The position numbers were made by a program, and so were the translations under genes. From Trichodelitschia bisporula (Eukaryota), in contig ML996687.1 in assembly GCA_010356995.1 (NCBI GenBank), forward strand, positions 931,803 through 995,802: DNA of 64,000 nucleotides. Direction: 5' to 3'. The notes beneath the pieces are model-generated. The model ran no database searches. It was not told the origin of the DNA and saw only the letters and a program-made list of their open reading frames with translations. This document shows, in pieces, positions 12,156 to 23,776 of this stretch; the stretch's first letter is position 1; every line of letters begins with the position of its first letter.

Positions 12156-12186
<31 letters not shown>

Positions 12187-12238
12187 GATCTCGGGGCTGC
12201 GGACCTGGAGCGGCTTGGAGAAGAGGTTGGGAGGACAT
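11772..12238 (-). CDS. VTC1: Vacuolar transporter chaperone subunit Vtc1, 1 intron
   Basis: [37 protein letters not shown], three hydrophobic segments, FDDRYGP. Confidence 0.95.
12149..12185. repeat. Poly-G tract (G6-T-G30) inside the VTC1 intron
   Basis: Homopolymer run seen directly. Confidence 0.95.
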
Positions 12239-12853
12239 GACGGAGCAATTGATAAACCCTCAATTGACAGTGGCCGAGAAGTGGGATAAGATTGCACTGA
12301 AGAGGATATTGGATTAGAGTATCGCAGTAAATTTAGGAGGGACGAGAGGAGTTGTAGATGTAGGACTTGCAAAGAGTGGAGAAGTCAAGCTTTGAGGCGA
12401 TCGGAGCACTGCGTAGTACGGGTAGAGCTTGGGGTGGGGGTTGATGAGGGAGCTCGCAGTACTCGAAGCAACGTGCTGCAGATACGCCTCCCCACTGGTT
12501 CGAGAGGGGAGCCTTGGCCTATGCTTGAAGGGGAGGTGTCAGTGGGGGGGTGACCTTATGTAATCACACAGGGACGTAACAATACATTTTAATTCACGTG
12601 ACTTACGCGCCACATCATGCCTGTGGCCACCCTTGTTCGTCTGCACCGCCACTGACGAACAGCAACACCTCACGCTGGGAGTCTCGCGTCCAAACGATGC
12701 CCTTTGGTGGAACAGGCGCCACGTCCACGACACCGCCAGAACCCTCCTCTCGCATACCTGTCTCTGAAAGCTGCTTTTTACATCCCATCTACTCCTTCTG
12801 TTTTTTGGAACACCAATTGCGTCCACTATCTCCATTTATCGTCTCTTCTGCAC

Positions 12854-14235
12854 ATGGCCGGAGGTGCAGCGCCGCCCCGCAAAGCCGGAGGCTTCTTCAA
12901 GAAGCCGGCTTGGCTTGCGGAGAAGAAAGCGAACCCACAGCAGGATCCAAATGACGAGGGCGACGATGCCACAGCTATCTTTGCACGCTCGCGCGACGCT
13001 TTACCGGAGATATTGGCGGACGAACGGCGGCGGCGGGCGCAGCGGGAGCACGAGGCGCGAGAAGAGGAGGAGAGAGAGCGAAAGGCTCGGGAGGAAGGGC
13101 AGTTCGATAGCGCTGCATACAGACATCCGAAGAAAAGAAGGGTCGACTCATGCGACGATGAGGACGACGAGGACGAGGGACCATTGCCTGGGCTGAAGTT
13201 GGGTCCCGCTCGTATTCGCACGCGACACAGCATGCACCAGAGCATGCAACCCAACTTGCAGCCCAGCATGCCATACAGCATGCAACAGATGGAACGGAAT
13301 GTCCCCACTAGGTCAGGCCCGCTTGTCCCAGTTGTCATAGGTGGGGAGCAACCCTTCGGCTACACCCACGCGCCCACTGCTGTTCAAAATAATGGGACAG
13401 GCATGTTGAAGCCCTCCGAGGATGATGTGGACGATGATGATGACGACGAAGATGACCCTGAGTTGCGCGAGCTTGCCCGTCGAGCGCGCGAGCGCGCCCG
13501 CGCCCGCCAGCAAGAGGCCGAGGGACAGTCAGCCGAGGCATTGTCGAACGAACCTAATCCCATCATCTCCATATTTATTCACAGCGAGACCATCCCAGAC
13601 ACCCGTGAGCTGTTCGTCAAGAGGCGCTACCGACAACGCCTGAGGGAAGTCCGCCTGGGTTGGTGCAAGGCCAACAACTTCGGCCCTGTGCTTACGTCCC
13701 AGGTCTTCTTCACTTGGCGAGGTCGACGTCTCTTTGACAGCGCCGATTTCAGGAGCGTCGGTGTGAAACTCGACGAGTTCGGTGGCCCAATGATGGAGGG
13801 CGAGGGCTTCAATGATGACCGGATCGTTTTTCTTGCCACTACCCAAGAGCTAGAGACCAAGGCGCGCGAGGCGGAAGAAAGGCGGCGCCGTGAAGAGGAA
13901 GCAGCTGCAGGTGGAGATGAAGATGAGCCAGAAGCAGCGCCCGAGGAGAGGATCCATGTAGTGCTGAAGGCAAAAGGATACGAAGAGTTCAAGCTTGTCG
14001 TGAAGCCGGTATGTTGACTGCCCTTTCCCTCACATCCTCTTTTGTTATCCTAATGCCGGCTACCCAGATTTCAACTTTCGCTCAGATTGCGAACGCATTT
14101 CGCAAAGAGCGTGACATCCCCGCCAACAAGGAGATCATTCTTATGTTCGACGGTGATTGCCTCGAGCCTGAAGATACCATGGCGCAATCGGAGATTGAAG
14201 ACCTAGATAACATTGAGGTGTACCTGAAAGACTAG
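12854..14235 (+). CDS. Rad60/Esc2-like protein with tandem SUMO-like domains, 1 intron
   Basis: N-terminal FFKKPAW, acidic/coiled low-complexity region, VFFTWRGRRLFDS, and C-terminal LMFDGDCLEPEDTMAQSEIEDLDNIEV typical of the Rad60 SUMO-like domain. Confidence 0.75.
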
Positions 14236-14321
14236 TAGGAGAGGGAAACGCAGTGTTCTCTGGGCCGGCTTCTTGATATCGACGCCGTTCATACCGCCCC
14301 CACTTGCTTCCATAAACCGTG

Positions 14322-15254
14322 CTATGACCTCAACCCCGCCTCACGTTCTTGTCTTTCCCTCTTTCTCCTTTCTCTTTCCGCTTTCCTCATAGCTCTGAGG
14401 TCCGGTGGCTTTTCGATGCCCAATCTTGTTCTCAACGCCTCGACATCGCTTTCGAGCTCCTCTTCCCAGTAGACATTGATGACTTCTTCAGCCTGTAGCC
14501 CATTTCGTACGGCCCAAGGCCCGTAAACGGACCAGAAGCGCTCGCGTTCAGCCTTCTTCAGAGTAGCGACGGCGCCGATGCTAAGGCCAGTCATGGGTAG
14601 CCCCGTGTTGGCGAACTCGAAGGCCTTGAGTGCGACCTCCCCTTCCCGCACGACGGGTAGCCCTGTGAGTGCGTGGTAGAAGTCATGACTCTCACGGTAC
14701 CGCTGCATAACATACGCGCACTCGGCGTCGTCAATGTATTGTACGGAGCTGCGCGTATCTGGCGTCACGCCTTCGCGGTCCAGCCACTCCACGTAGTTGC
14801 GGCCGACGGTGTTAGCCGGGAGAGAGCGTAGGTAAGGTAGATTGAGAGACTGAGAGGTTATGCGCGGCCGGTCGCGAAGGATACGCCGTCCCGTTGGAGA
14901 GCGCAGCATGGCATCGCGCAGGCGCGTTATGGGGAAGGGTTGTGCCGTGGCTTCCCCCAGGGCTGCGATGAGGTCTGAGCTCGATCAGCAGCGGCTCATG
15001 ATTTGTAAGGAGAGGAAGCATGGCTTACCAGCCCGGGTTGGATCGAAGAAGCACCATATTGCCGAGCTTATAGCCAACGCGCCTCTCTCAATTGGTGTGA
15101 GCGGAACGTGCCCTTCGTAGTTGGGTGTGGGGCGGTTGAGCACGGAGAAGGTTCGCTGCCCGGCCAGAGGGTTGGCTCGAACCGCACACTGGCATTGCCG
15201 GGTGAGGCGAAGAACCACTGATGAGGTGCGTGGGATCGCAAGATTTACAGTCAT
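14322..15254 (-). CDS. COQ4: Ubiquinone biosynthesis protein Coq4, 1 intron
   Basis: [34 protein letters not shown] and [23 protein letters not shown] (HDxxH..E). Confidence 0.95.
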
Positions 15255-15493
15255 GACGCCAACATTGCATTCACGATCCGAAGAGGAGTGAGCAGGAGAG
15301 ACTCGTCGCGGACAGCTCGCGGGGGTTTCGTTTCCACCTCCGGGGGGCAGCGGCGGGAGAAGGGTATTTCCGTGACCGGCTTGCTATCGATAAACTCTTT
15401 TGGCGGAGCACCCCCTACCCTCCGGGTCTCTGTACTCCATCTGTGGGCAGCAAAGTCCAACATGCTCAGCACACACTCTCCTACCGCTGCATC

Positions 15494-16075
15494 ATGTCAT
15501 CACATCCCTCCCTCGAAACCGCCGCCCAGGAGCGCAAGGCTCGCCTCGCCCAGCTCAAGTCGCTGAAGCGCAAACAACCCGAACCCTCTACTGCCCCCAA
15601 TGAGCCTTCCGACACCGTTATGGGCGATGCGCCGCCCGAAGCACCCGACGTAACGCGCGTCTACCTTTCCGGCCGCAACTACGACCACGAGACACGAGGC
15701 CCGAAGCTGGGATTCGAATTAGCACCCACTGAAGGCCAGGAAACCCTCGAGGACAAGGCCGCCGCACTCGCCGAAGCGGCACGCAAGGTTGTCGAGCAAG
15801 AAGACAAAGAGGATGTGCCACTTGATTTGTTCAAGCTGCAGCCGAAGCGACCGAACTGGGATCTGAAGCGCGCACTCAAGGAGAGGATGGATGTGCTGGA
15901 TGTTCGCACCGATAACGCCATCGCCCGCTTGGTGAGGGATCGGCTTGGGGCAGAAAAGCAGCAGGACGGGTCGGGGCTACTGGAGACGGTGCATGCCAAA
16001 GAGAGGGAAGAAGCGGAGGAGGAGCGGCGAGAGAAGGAATGGGAGAAGGAAGTCATCGAAGGCGAGGCTGTGTGA
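15494..16075 (+). CDS. cwf18: Pre-mRNA splicing factor Cwf18/CCDC12
   Basis: AAQERKARLAQLKSLKRK, LSGRNYD and LDLFKLQPKRPNWDLKR..TDNAIARLVR. Confidence 0.9.
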   Translation: MSSHPSLETAAQERKARLAQLKSLKRKQPEPSTAPNEPSDTVMGDAPPEAPDVTRVYLSGRNYDHETRGPKLGFELAPTEGQETLEDKAAALAEAARKVVEQEDKEDVPLDLFKLQPKRPNWDLKRALKERMDVLDVRTDNAIARLVRDRLGAEKQQDGSGLLETVHAKEREEAEEERREKEWEKEVIEGEAV

Positions 16076-16354
16076 GATGGGGTAGCAGACAAGAATGGCC
16101 ATAGGCATGCTTCGGAGAGCAGGTCGCGGCAGACCACCTCAGTCTAATCATGCTATCTGGCCCTGCTGCTGCTATCACTCCGTAAAACCAATGCCATGTA
16201 CAATAAACACGAATTCTGATACGGCTGTTTGCAATGAGCTTCTCGGTGACTATCTCTCGGAAGGCCGGACCCCGTGCTTCCGCAGGTGACATACATACTA
16301 TCTACATGGTGGCTGCCTCCATCCAGTCGTAGCCATCAACCCTACACTACCCCG

Positions 16355-17077
16355 ATGCCTCGAATGTTATCCACCACAGAATCTACGAGCAACGTACGGT
16401 TGGAGGAGGAAGGGGAGGTTGGGCAGCTCATGTTGGAGTTGGATCATCTCTTTGAGCAGTATCTCGAGCTTCTGGACCAGTACCAGACCGAGCGCATCAA
16501 GCTGTCCACGACGCTCTCCTCCGTACGTACTCTACAAAAAAAAAAGGGACGTCTACCGCTCACTAAATGGCCAGGGCTTTCTCTCGTTGGCTCAAGCAAA
16601 CTTTTCGTCGACGCTCGGTCGGAGATATGGCCAAGACTACTACGACGAGCGGATGCAAGCATTGCGAACCGTGTACGTGCTGCCCGTGCAGTATTGGAAC
16701 TAATGTCTGAGTCCAATAGCAAGTTAGGTGGAGAGGATGGTGAAAAGGTTACCATAGAAGGTGTCCCACCCCATTCGGAGAAGCCAGCCCGCAACGGGAT
16801 TGACGACACTGCTGAACCATCGGTCGCGGAGCCGTCGAAACCAGCCTGCTCCGAAGATGAGAAAGAAGACCCGCATTTAGGGAGACGCCCCTCGGTAGAT
16901 CCGATTCGGTGGTTTGGCATACTTGTGCCCCAGCCGCTCCGTACCGCTCAAGCGCATTTCACCGAAGCTGTGGTAGGGCCGCTCCCGCGCATCGCCTCGT
17001 TGGCCAAGAAACTGCGTGCTCTGGAAATCCGCATTGGTCGGACGAGGAAGGCCATAAAAAAGCTAGAGAAGGGTTGA
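16355..17077 (+). CDS. VMA22: V-ATPase assembly factor Vma22/CCDC115-like, 2 introns
   Basis: LDHLFEQYLELLDQY, spliced exon GFLSLAQANF..RYGQDYYDERMQA, and DPIRWFGILVPQPLRTAQAHF; introns 16523-16574 and 16673-16719. Confidence 0.85.
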   Translation: MPRMLSTTESTSNVRLEEEGEVGQLMLELDHLFEQYLELLDQYQTERIKLSTTLSSVRTLQKKKGRLPLTKWPGLSLVGSSKLFVDARSEIWPRLLRRADASIANRVRAARAVLELMSESNSKLGGEDGEKVTIEGVPPHSEKPARNGIDDTAEPSVAEPSKPACSEDEKEDPHLGRRPSVDPIRWFGILVPQPLRTAQAHFTEAVVGPLPRIASLAKKLRALEIRIGRTRKAIKKLEKG

Positions 17078-17400
17078 GGCGATGTGTTCAAGCTGCGACT
17101 CTAGCGCTCACTCCTTCGCGGACTAGAAAAGACGAGGCACCACAAGGAGACAGAACACCATAGGACTTGGAAGTGCTCATGGGGCACCAGTAAATCATGA
17201 AAAGCAGACGGAAGTACCATTTATGGAAGTAAATCCGTTCAAGCAGCAATGAAGCTCGTCAGGATGCCACATCATGCAGAACTAGTACATACAAGAAGGC
17301 TTTACATGGCCAGCTTTAGCAAGGCCCACCCCGGATGGTAACCCAACTCCTGTTTTGTACCAGTAAACGCCATACGCCTATCCCTCTTTAGAGTCACCCG

Positions 17401-18199
17401 TTAGATCTTCACACCGCTGCCGGCCTTTTGCACAAACTTGACCAGCTCGGCATAAGCCTGCTGGTACTCGGCCTCGTCTTCTCCCTTCGTCCCCTTCTTC
17501 GATGGAGGGTCCCGTTGAACCATAGTGACGCTGGTGGGGCGCTTGGTGTTGCCAGCGGCTCCCAGATCGGCGCGCGATGTGATGTATATGTAAGGGATGT
17601 TGTGGTCCTCACACAACACGGGGATGTGAGAAATGACATCGTAAGGCGAAATGTCAGCTGCAAAAATAACAACTCCTGATGGGCTTGCGACGACTGATGA
17701 CGAAGGCTGATCCGTGGTAGTCTTGCGCACGGCTTTGACGACTTCCTTGACGCCGCGTTTGAGGGTCTTGTGCTTTGCAGCTGTCCGGCCGTGATTAGCG
17801 GGGAATGTAACATAGAATAAAGCCAAGTGACATACCTTTCTTGACCGTCTTGAGAAGCTTCTTCGTCTGCTTGTCATCCGCCAATGGGTGGGCAAAGGGA
17901 ACCAGCGCCTCCTTCGGAATCACGATGCGTTTGTGCGCGTCCTTGTCCTCCGCGGCATCATCGTGAGCGACCGCAGGCGTCGGGGCCACGACAGGCTTTG
18001 CCGACGCCTCCTCGAGATGTGCGAGGAGAGCATCTGTGACCTCCTTTGTCTTGGGAACCTTGGTCTTGTCCTTCTTGCTAACCTTAGCCACCCCCTCCTG
18101 GTCGGCGCGCTTTTCCTTCTTGTCCTTCCGGTCCTTCTTCTCGCTTTTATCGCGCTTCTCCTCCTTCTTATCCTTCTTATCCGATCTGTCTTTTGCCAT
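17401..18199 (-). CDS. NHP2: H/ACA snoRNP L7Ae-family subunit Nhp2, 1 intron
   Basis: Lys-rich N-terminus, VPFAHPLAD, LKRGVKEVVK, AADISPYDVISHIPVLCEDHNIPY and TKRPTSV. Confidence 0.92.
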
Positions 18200-19247
18200 T
18201 GTGCAGGATGTGGCGGGTCGAGGTACGGAAGTTGTGTGCGGGACGATACTCGACGAATTGGTGGATTTGCAGGAAAGCTTCAAAAAAGTTTCGCAAGCTC
18301 GATTGCGCATGGACCATTTTTACAAAGTTCTCCGGGCTACCCGGAAAAGTCGTGGCCCATTCCTCCCATAGTCTCTGCTTTGCTACTCGGCAAAGTCCCT
18401 GACAAAAGATGGTCACGACTTTTTGGAGGGGCGCTACTACCTTTTCGGGTAGCCCCTGTCCTTTCCTAATGCCCCGTGCGCACCAGTACTCTTTCGGCCT
18501 GGAATCTTGGCATACAACATACCGTACCGGACTTCTCATCGGATCCTATTAGAGCTACGGATGTAGAACTAGAGCTTTACGCATGATATTCTTAAAAAAA
18601 AGAAAAATTTGCAAGCCGTATGAATTGCTTAGTTGCTATTCACACGTGGGGCAAGGCGTACGGCCATGAGATACTGTTTCAACCGATATTTAAAGAGAAT
18701 CAACATGAAGAATCAACTCGTCGTGCTTGAGCCAAGCAAGCCGCATAACACTCGGTGCCGGGTCTCCCGCTCCCACGTCAAGAGCTTCACACGTCACTAC
18801 GTTAGGTATTAAGCAGTTACGTCAAGATGGCCCAACTTCCATGCCGTTCGGTATGCCCGAGCAAGTGCGGAGAAGATTGCTGGAGACGGGTTAGAGTGAT
18901 GGAGCAGTATCCATGGTTCAATCCAAGCCAGTTCTTAAAGTCATGGGTTTTAGACCAGTTCTTCAACCCTGTACATTTACTAACTCACTGGCTATTTGAG
19001 AGGCTGCTCGAAACCGATGCACGACCAATGGTGGTCCGGTCTTGCTTGACCTCACTGGCTTGCGGAAACAGTTGGCCTTCGGTGTGGATTTCAGAGACCG
19101 GAACTTCGCCAGAAGCTGGAAGAAGTTACCTAGGTAACAAATGGCCGAACTAAGGCACGGAGAAGGCCCAGTAAACCTCCGTGATCACTTCAATCAATGA
19201 AATTGGTGCACTGGCAGCGTCGAAGCTGGGCCCAAAGAGGGTCGTGT

Positions 19248-19865
19248 TTAAGATGATTCCGTTTGCGTCGGTAGGCTGTCTACGGCAAAATACTTCCCCA
19301 CGTGAGATTGCGCATGGTCCAATGGGCGCCAGGCTTCAGGGCGTGAGGTGTCAAGCGTCGATACTGGATGCCGCCGTATCCGCTTATGGTGCTTTCCGAT
19401 AATCTCTTCGTTCTCCAAGATTTCGTTAAGTGTTTCAAGGTTGATTTCCCGCTCTCGATCGGAGGCGGCAGTTTCGTCTCGGATGCTCAATAGCGGCTCA
19501 ACTCCGACGGTGTCAACTTTTTGGATTTCGCGGATGAAGTGAAGTTGTGAGGCAAGAGAGCGAATCATCGACACTTCCTCTTCAGTACCTTTCGGCTGAG
19601 GAAGGGCTGAGAGACGAAGCAAGTGACGGAGCTGTTCTGGGAATACAACATGACTTCCGGATGACGCTTCATCGGCAGGAAGAAGGGATGACACCGACCA
19701 CGTAGGCTCGGAGAGTCCTGTCGCGACGGCTAAATCTGCTTGATCTTGAATGTGACGCCCATCGGATGGGAAAGGTGCCAGGTGACATGACGTGAAGTGC
19801 CGGGCAACCAGCCTGGCCGGTCCCAGCCCATTACCAGTTGAACGGTGTATCCGTAGACCTAGCAT
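19248..19865 (-). CDS. Mitochondrial Glu-tRNA(Gln) amidotransferase small subunit (fungal GatF/Gta3/GatC-like)
   Basis: Presequence, PTWSVSSLLP, LRHLLRLSALP, SQLHFIREIQKVDTVGVEPL and C-terminal GKYFAV, a GatC-like pattern. Confidence 0.75.
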   Translation of the reverse strand: MLGLRIHRSTGNGLGPARLVARHFTSCHLAPFPSDGRHIQDQADLAVATGLSEPTWSVSSLLPADEASSGSHVVFPEQLRHLLRLSALPQPKGTEEEVSMIRSLASQLHFIREIQKVDTVGVEPLLSIRDETAASDREREINLETLNEILENEEIIGKHHKRIRRHPVSTLDTSRPEAWRPLDHAQSHVGKYFAVDSLPTQTESS

Positions 19866-20154
19866 CTTCGAAATATAAGCAAGCTGTGAAAAAGCTGAGG
19901 ACTGTGGGACCGCTTACCTGAGTATGTGCTCGTGATACATGCACGCTTGTAGGTGAGGATTGGCGTACGGGTTGCACCTTGCTCCAACTGGGACCGACGT
20001 CTTTGTCGGCCGGAGCCGGAGAAACATGTGGACGGCAGACCACTATCCCATGCACCCAGTCTCACACCAACAAGGCTGACATCGCGTCCGCATATACGGT
20101 ACCACTACATTATCTGGATCTGTCGCTGCAAGGGCGAATAACTGTACCCGAAAA

Positions 20155-20898
20155 ATGCGCGGCAAACTTGTTGTCTTCGAAGGGTTGGATAGGGCTGGGA
20201 AATCTACCCAGTGCGCTCGACTCGTGGAAAAGCTTGAACAAAACGGCCATAAAGTCCGGCACATGCGCTTTCCAGGTGCCTAGATACGGTCTGAACAGAT
20301 GTTTGCTCCCGTACTTACTCTGCTAGACCGAACCACTCCCATCGGACAGGTGATAGACAAGTACCTCAAAGAGCAGGCCGACCAGGAGGATCACGTCATA
20401 CACCTTCTCTTCACGGCCAACCGTTGGGAGGCCTCGTAAGTTGTAACCAATGTTCAACTTTCTGTGACTCACACGTATAGTGCTTCGGTTCGTTCCGCTG
20501 TAGAAAGCGGCGAAACTGTAGTGATAGATCGGTACTACTACTCCGGCTGCGTCTACTCGGCCGCCAAAGGTAACCCGTCCCTGGACCTCGTTTGGGCTCG
20601 TCGCCCCGAAGTAGGTCTGCCGCGCCCAGACATCTGCATCTTTCTCGATATTTCAACCGATGCGGCCGCTAAACGCGGCGGCTTTGGGGAAGAGAAGTAC
20701 GAAACCACCGGCATGCAAAAGCGCGTTCAGGAGCTCTTCGAAGCCATGCGGAATTCAGCCGACAAAGATGATTTCGTCAGCATAGATGCTGGGAAGCCGG
20801 CCGAAGAGGTCTCAGGAGCTGTGTGGAAGGCCATATCGGCGGCTTTTGAGCGAGTCGACACGTCCGGCGCACCTCTGGGCGTAGTGGAATCATGGTAG
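20155..20898 (+). CDS. CDC8: Thymidylate kinase, 2 introns
   Basis: MRGKLVVFEGLDRAGKSTQ P-loop, RFP|DRTTPIG, HLLFTANRWE, DRYYYSG and GLPRPD. Confidence 0.95.
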
Positions 20899-21109
20899 AC
20901 GACCGCAGAGACATTTTCAAGGTACACAAAGTCTCAACCCGTAGCAATAAGCCTCAACATATCAAGCCGAAACTCAGGACCAGCTGAGAAGCAATACAGA
21001 GACAAGGGACCGGGCATCAATCATTTTCGCGTCCTCATAACTACGATATGATGTCCTGTCGTCTAGTTTATTCTAGCAGCATATGTGGCTGGTGCATTGA
21101 GCACTACAT

Positions 21110-22930
21110 CTAAGGAGTCACACGCTGCGGGTCTCTCGGGAACATAGTCGCGAGGCGGACATTCTTGAGATCTAACCAGTTGAGGACAATGCGCTCAAGG
21201 CCGAACGCCCCACCAGCATGTGGCGGACATCCTGCTGCCGTTAGCCTGGATAATATTGGAGCGTAAAGGGGCGAACTCACCGTAGCTAAAAGCTTGTACA
21301 TAGTCCTTAAATCCCGGGTTCTCGGGATCCAAGCCCAGCGTCTTCATCCTCGCCACCAGCATACCATGGTCGTGGATGCGTTGAGCGCCAGACAACACCT
21401 CCTGGCCGCGCATCATGAAGTCGTAAGAGTTGGAAAACTTCGCGTTCAAGTCGGCGCCCTTGGGCATGGTGTAGAAGGCGCGGCACGCGAGGGGATACTC
21501 GGTCAGAATGTAGAAGTCGGTATTATACTTGGCCCGCACAAGGTCACCAAGCTGCTTCTCCTGAGTTGAATTGATGTCATCGTCAAACGAGGCATCGATA
21601 CCGGCGTCCAGCAAGAGTTGGATACCCTCGGAGAAGGTAATGACGGGAATGTCCTCAGGTTTCGCGGGCAACTTGAACGGCTCGCTCTTGTATGTCTGGC
21701 GCACACGCGAGGCCTGCTTCCCGAACTTGCTATCCAGGTTGGACAAGACGTGGTGTAGCAGATCACGGATAAGAAACATGACCTCCTGGTAATCATCGAC
21801 AAACTCAGCTTCCAAGTCGAGTGAGGTGTACTCTGACAGATGGCGGGAAGTGTTGCTGTTTTCGGCACGGAACACGGGACCGAGTTCCATGACGCGCTTG
21901 TAGCGAGCAGCAATGAGCATTTGCTTGTACATCTGTGGTGACTGCGCCAGATAGGCCTTCTTGCCGTAGTAGCCGACTTCGAACACATTCGCACCACCTT
22001 CGCTAGGCGACCCAAGCAGCTTGGGCGAGTCGACAGCAAGGAAGCCACGCTCCCGCAGGAAGTCCTGGAACAGGTTCCGCGCTCCGCTACGGATGTCGAA
22101 GATGGCGTGGTTGAGGGTGCTGCGGAGGTCAAGTACGCGGTTGTCAAGACGCGTGCTAAGACCGACAAGGGGACGCCCGCTCTCGGCCTTCTCTTCAGCG
22201 GCACCGGGCGCATCGCTGGGGAGCGCTTGCTCTGCGTCATCAACTTGGATGGGCAGCTGGGGAACGGAACGGGACACGGTCCAGAGCTGGGTGATGTGTA
22301 GCTCGCGGTTGGAGATAGTGGCACTCTTAACGGGTTCCTTAGGCTCCTTGACGATGCCGATCACGTCGACGATTGATTCGGCGGGGATCGTGGAGGCGAA
22401 CTTGACCATCTGTCGACTCAGGTCTTCGCCAGCAGCTACAACAGCCTGGACAGAGTCGAGCGAATCCCGCAGGTTGAGGAAGGCCAGCTTGGCTGACTGG
22501 CTACGCGCTGTTGCAACATCGCAACGAACAAGCACCTCAACGCCATCAGCGACATCGCCCAAGTCATAGAGACGACGGCGCTTGAGCGCAAAGGGTTTGT
22601 AGTCAGTGGCGCCGACCATCGGCAAGTCGCCATATTTGCCCTTAGAGACATCGTTGGCATCGGCCTCGGCCTTTTTAGCAGCGTCGGCAGCCTGCTGGGC
22701 TTTTTTCTTTTCGGCCTGAGATTTGTGCGGTTAGCTGCGGGGTGAGGAGTAGAGGCGCATTTGATAATGGAAGATTTGCAAGGTCAAAAGGAATATATGC
22801 GGCAAATGTTCACCTTTTCCTTCTCCTTCTCAAGCTTTTTAAGAGCTTTCTTTGACAACTTCTCACCACCTTCCGTAGCCTCGGGAGCTTCTGCGACGGG
22901 ACGTTCAGGGAGGACCTGCTCAGAAGACAT
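21110..22930 (-). CDS. DPS1: Cytosolic aspartyl-tRNA synthetase, 2 introns
   Basis: LSKKALKK helix, OB fold, [43 protein letters not shown] and PPHAGG..GLER..MFPRDP. Confidence 0.93.
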
Positions 22931-23776
22931 GATTGTTTTCTTTTTCTTCAAGAGTCTGGAGATGGGAATAAAGTGATAAGGTGGTTTTGCCGGACAATGA
23001 GGGAGTACCAAATCGGTAGCGAAAATGTGGTAGTGGGGGAGGGGGGGGGCGGTTTGGTGGGGTGATGCAAAGTAAGGGACTGAAGGAATGAATCACAACC
23101 AGGTTCCCAGTCACCAACTACCCGTATGGTATCCGTAGAGCCTCGACAGGAATATATTTTAAAAAAGCCTGTAGCAGCCTACCACCGGTAGAGAGATGTA
23201 CCTCAAAAGGCACAGCAGTGAAAAAGGAGGAGGGCAGGACAGGGAAAGTGAGGGGAAGAGAGTTCCGAGGAGGTCGAAGTGATGGGCCAAAAGGTTAACC
23301 TTACGGGTACCTTGAGAAAGTAGTGACCGCTCCGACTGAGGGTTTTTGCGGACTGCTACGGCCGCGACCTTTTTTCTGGTGGGGTACTCCGTATTTGGGC
23401 CACAATCTAATCTCTTGTAACAATATATAATCACATGATATTGAGGCCTGGAAGGTAAAATATGTCGCCTCAGGCATTCATCGTCATACTCGGGAAATTG
23501 TTCTGTCGGGTCCCGAAGGGAGAGAGAGACGGTAGCCCCAGCCCAACAAGCCAGAAAGCGCAAGACACAAAGTGTCATGAACTCATCGCCTTGCTGGCCC
23601 CCCCCACCCCGATTCACTACATATACTCCACATACACCCACCCGCTCTGTCACTCAATCTCACCAACTCTTCTTTATCAATCTACCAATCTCCAACATCT
23701 AGACATCCCCGCAAACCCCCCCATTCCCTGAGCTTTCATCTCTTCAAGCCAACTCGAACCTACCCATCCCATCACA

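Noticed and set aside
18880..18935. GGTTCAATCC resembling a tRNA T-loop/B-box
   Set aside because: Flanks do not form a T-stem, acceptor stem or cloverleaf.
21110..22930. AspRS as a possible ErdS-type (AspRS-DUF2156) sterol aminoacylation enzyme
   Set aside because: The protein ends at [11 protein letters not shown] with no appended domain.
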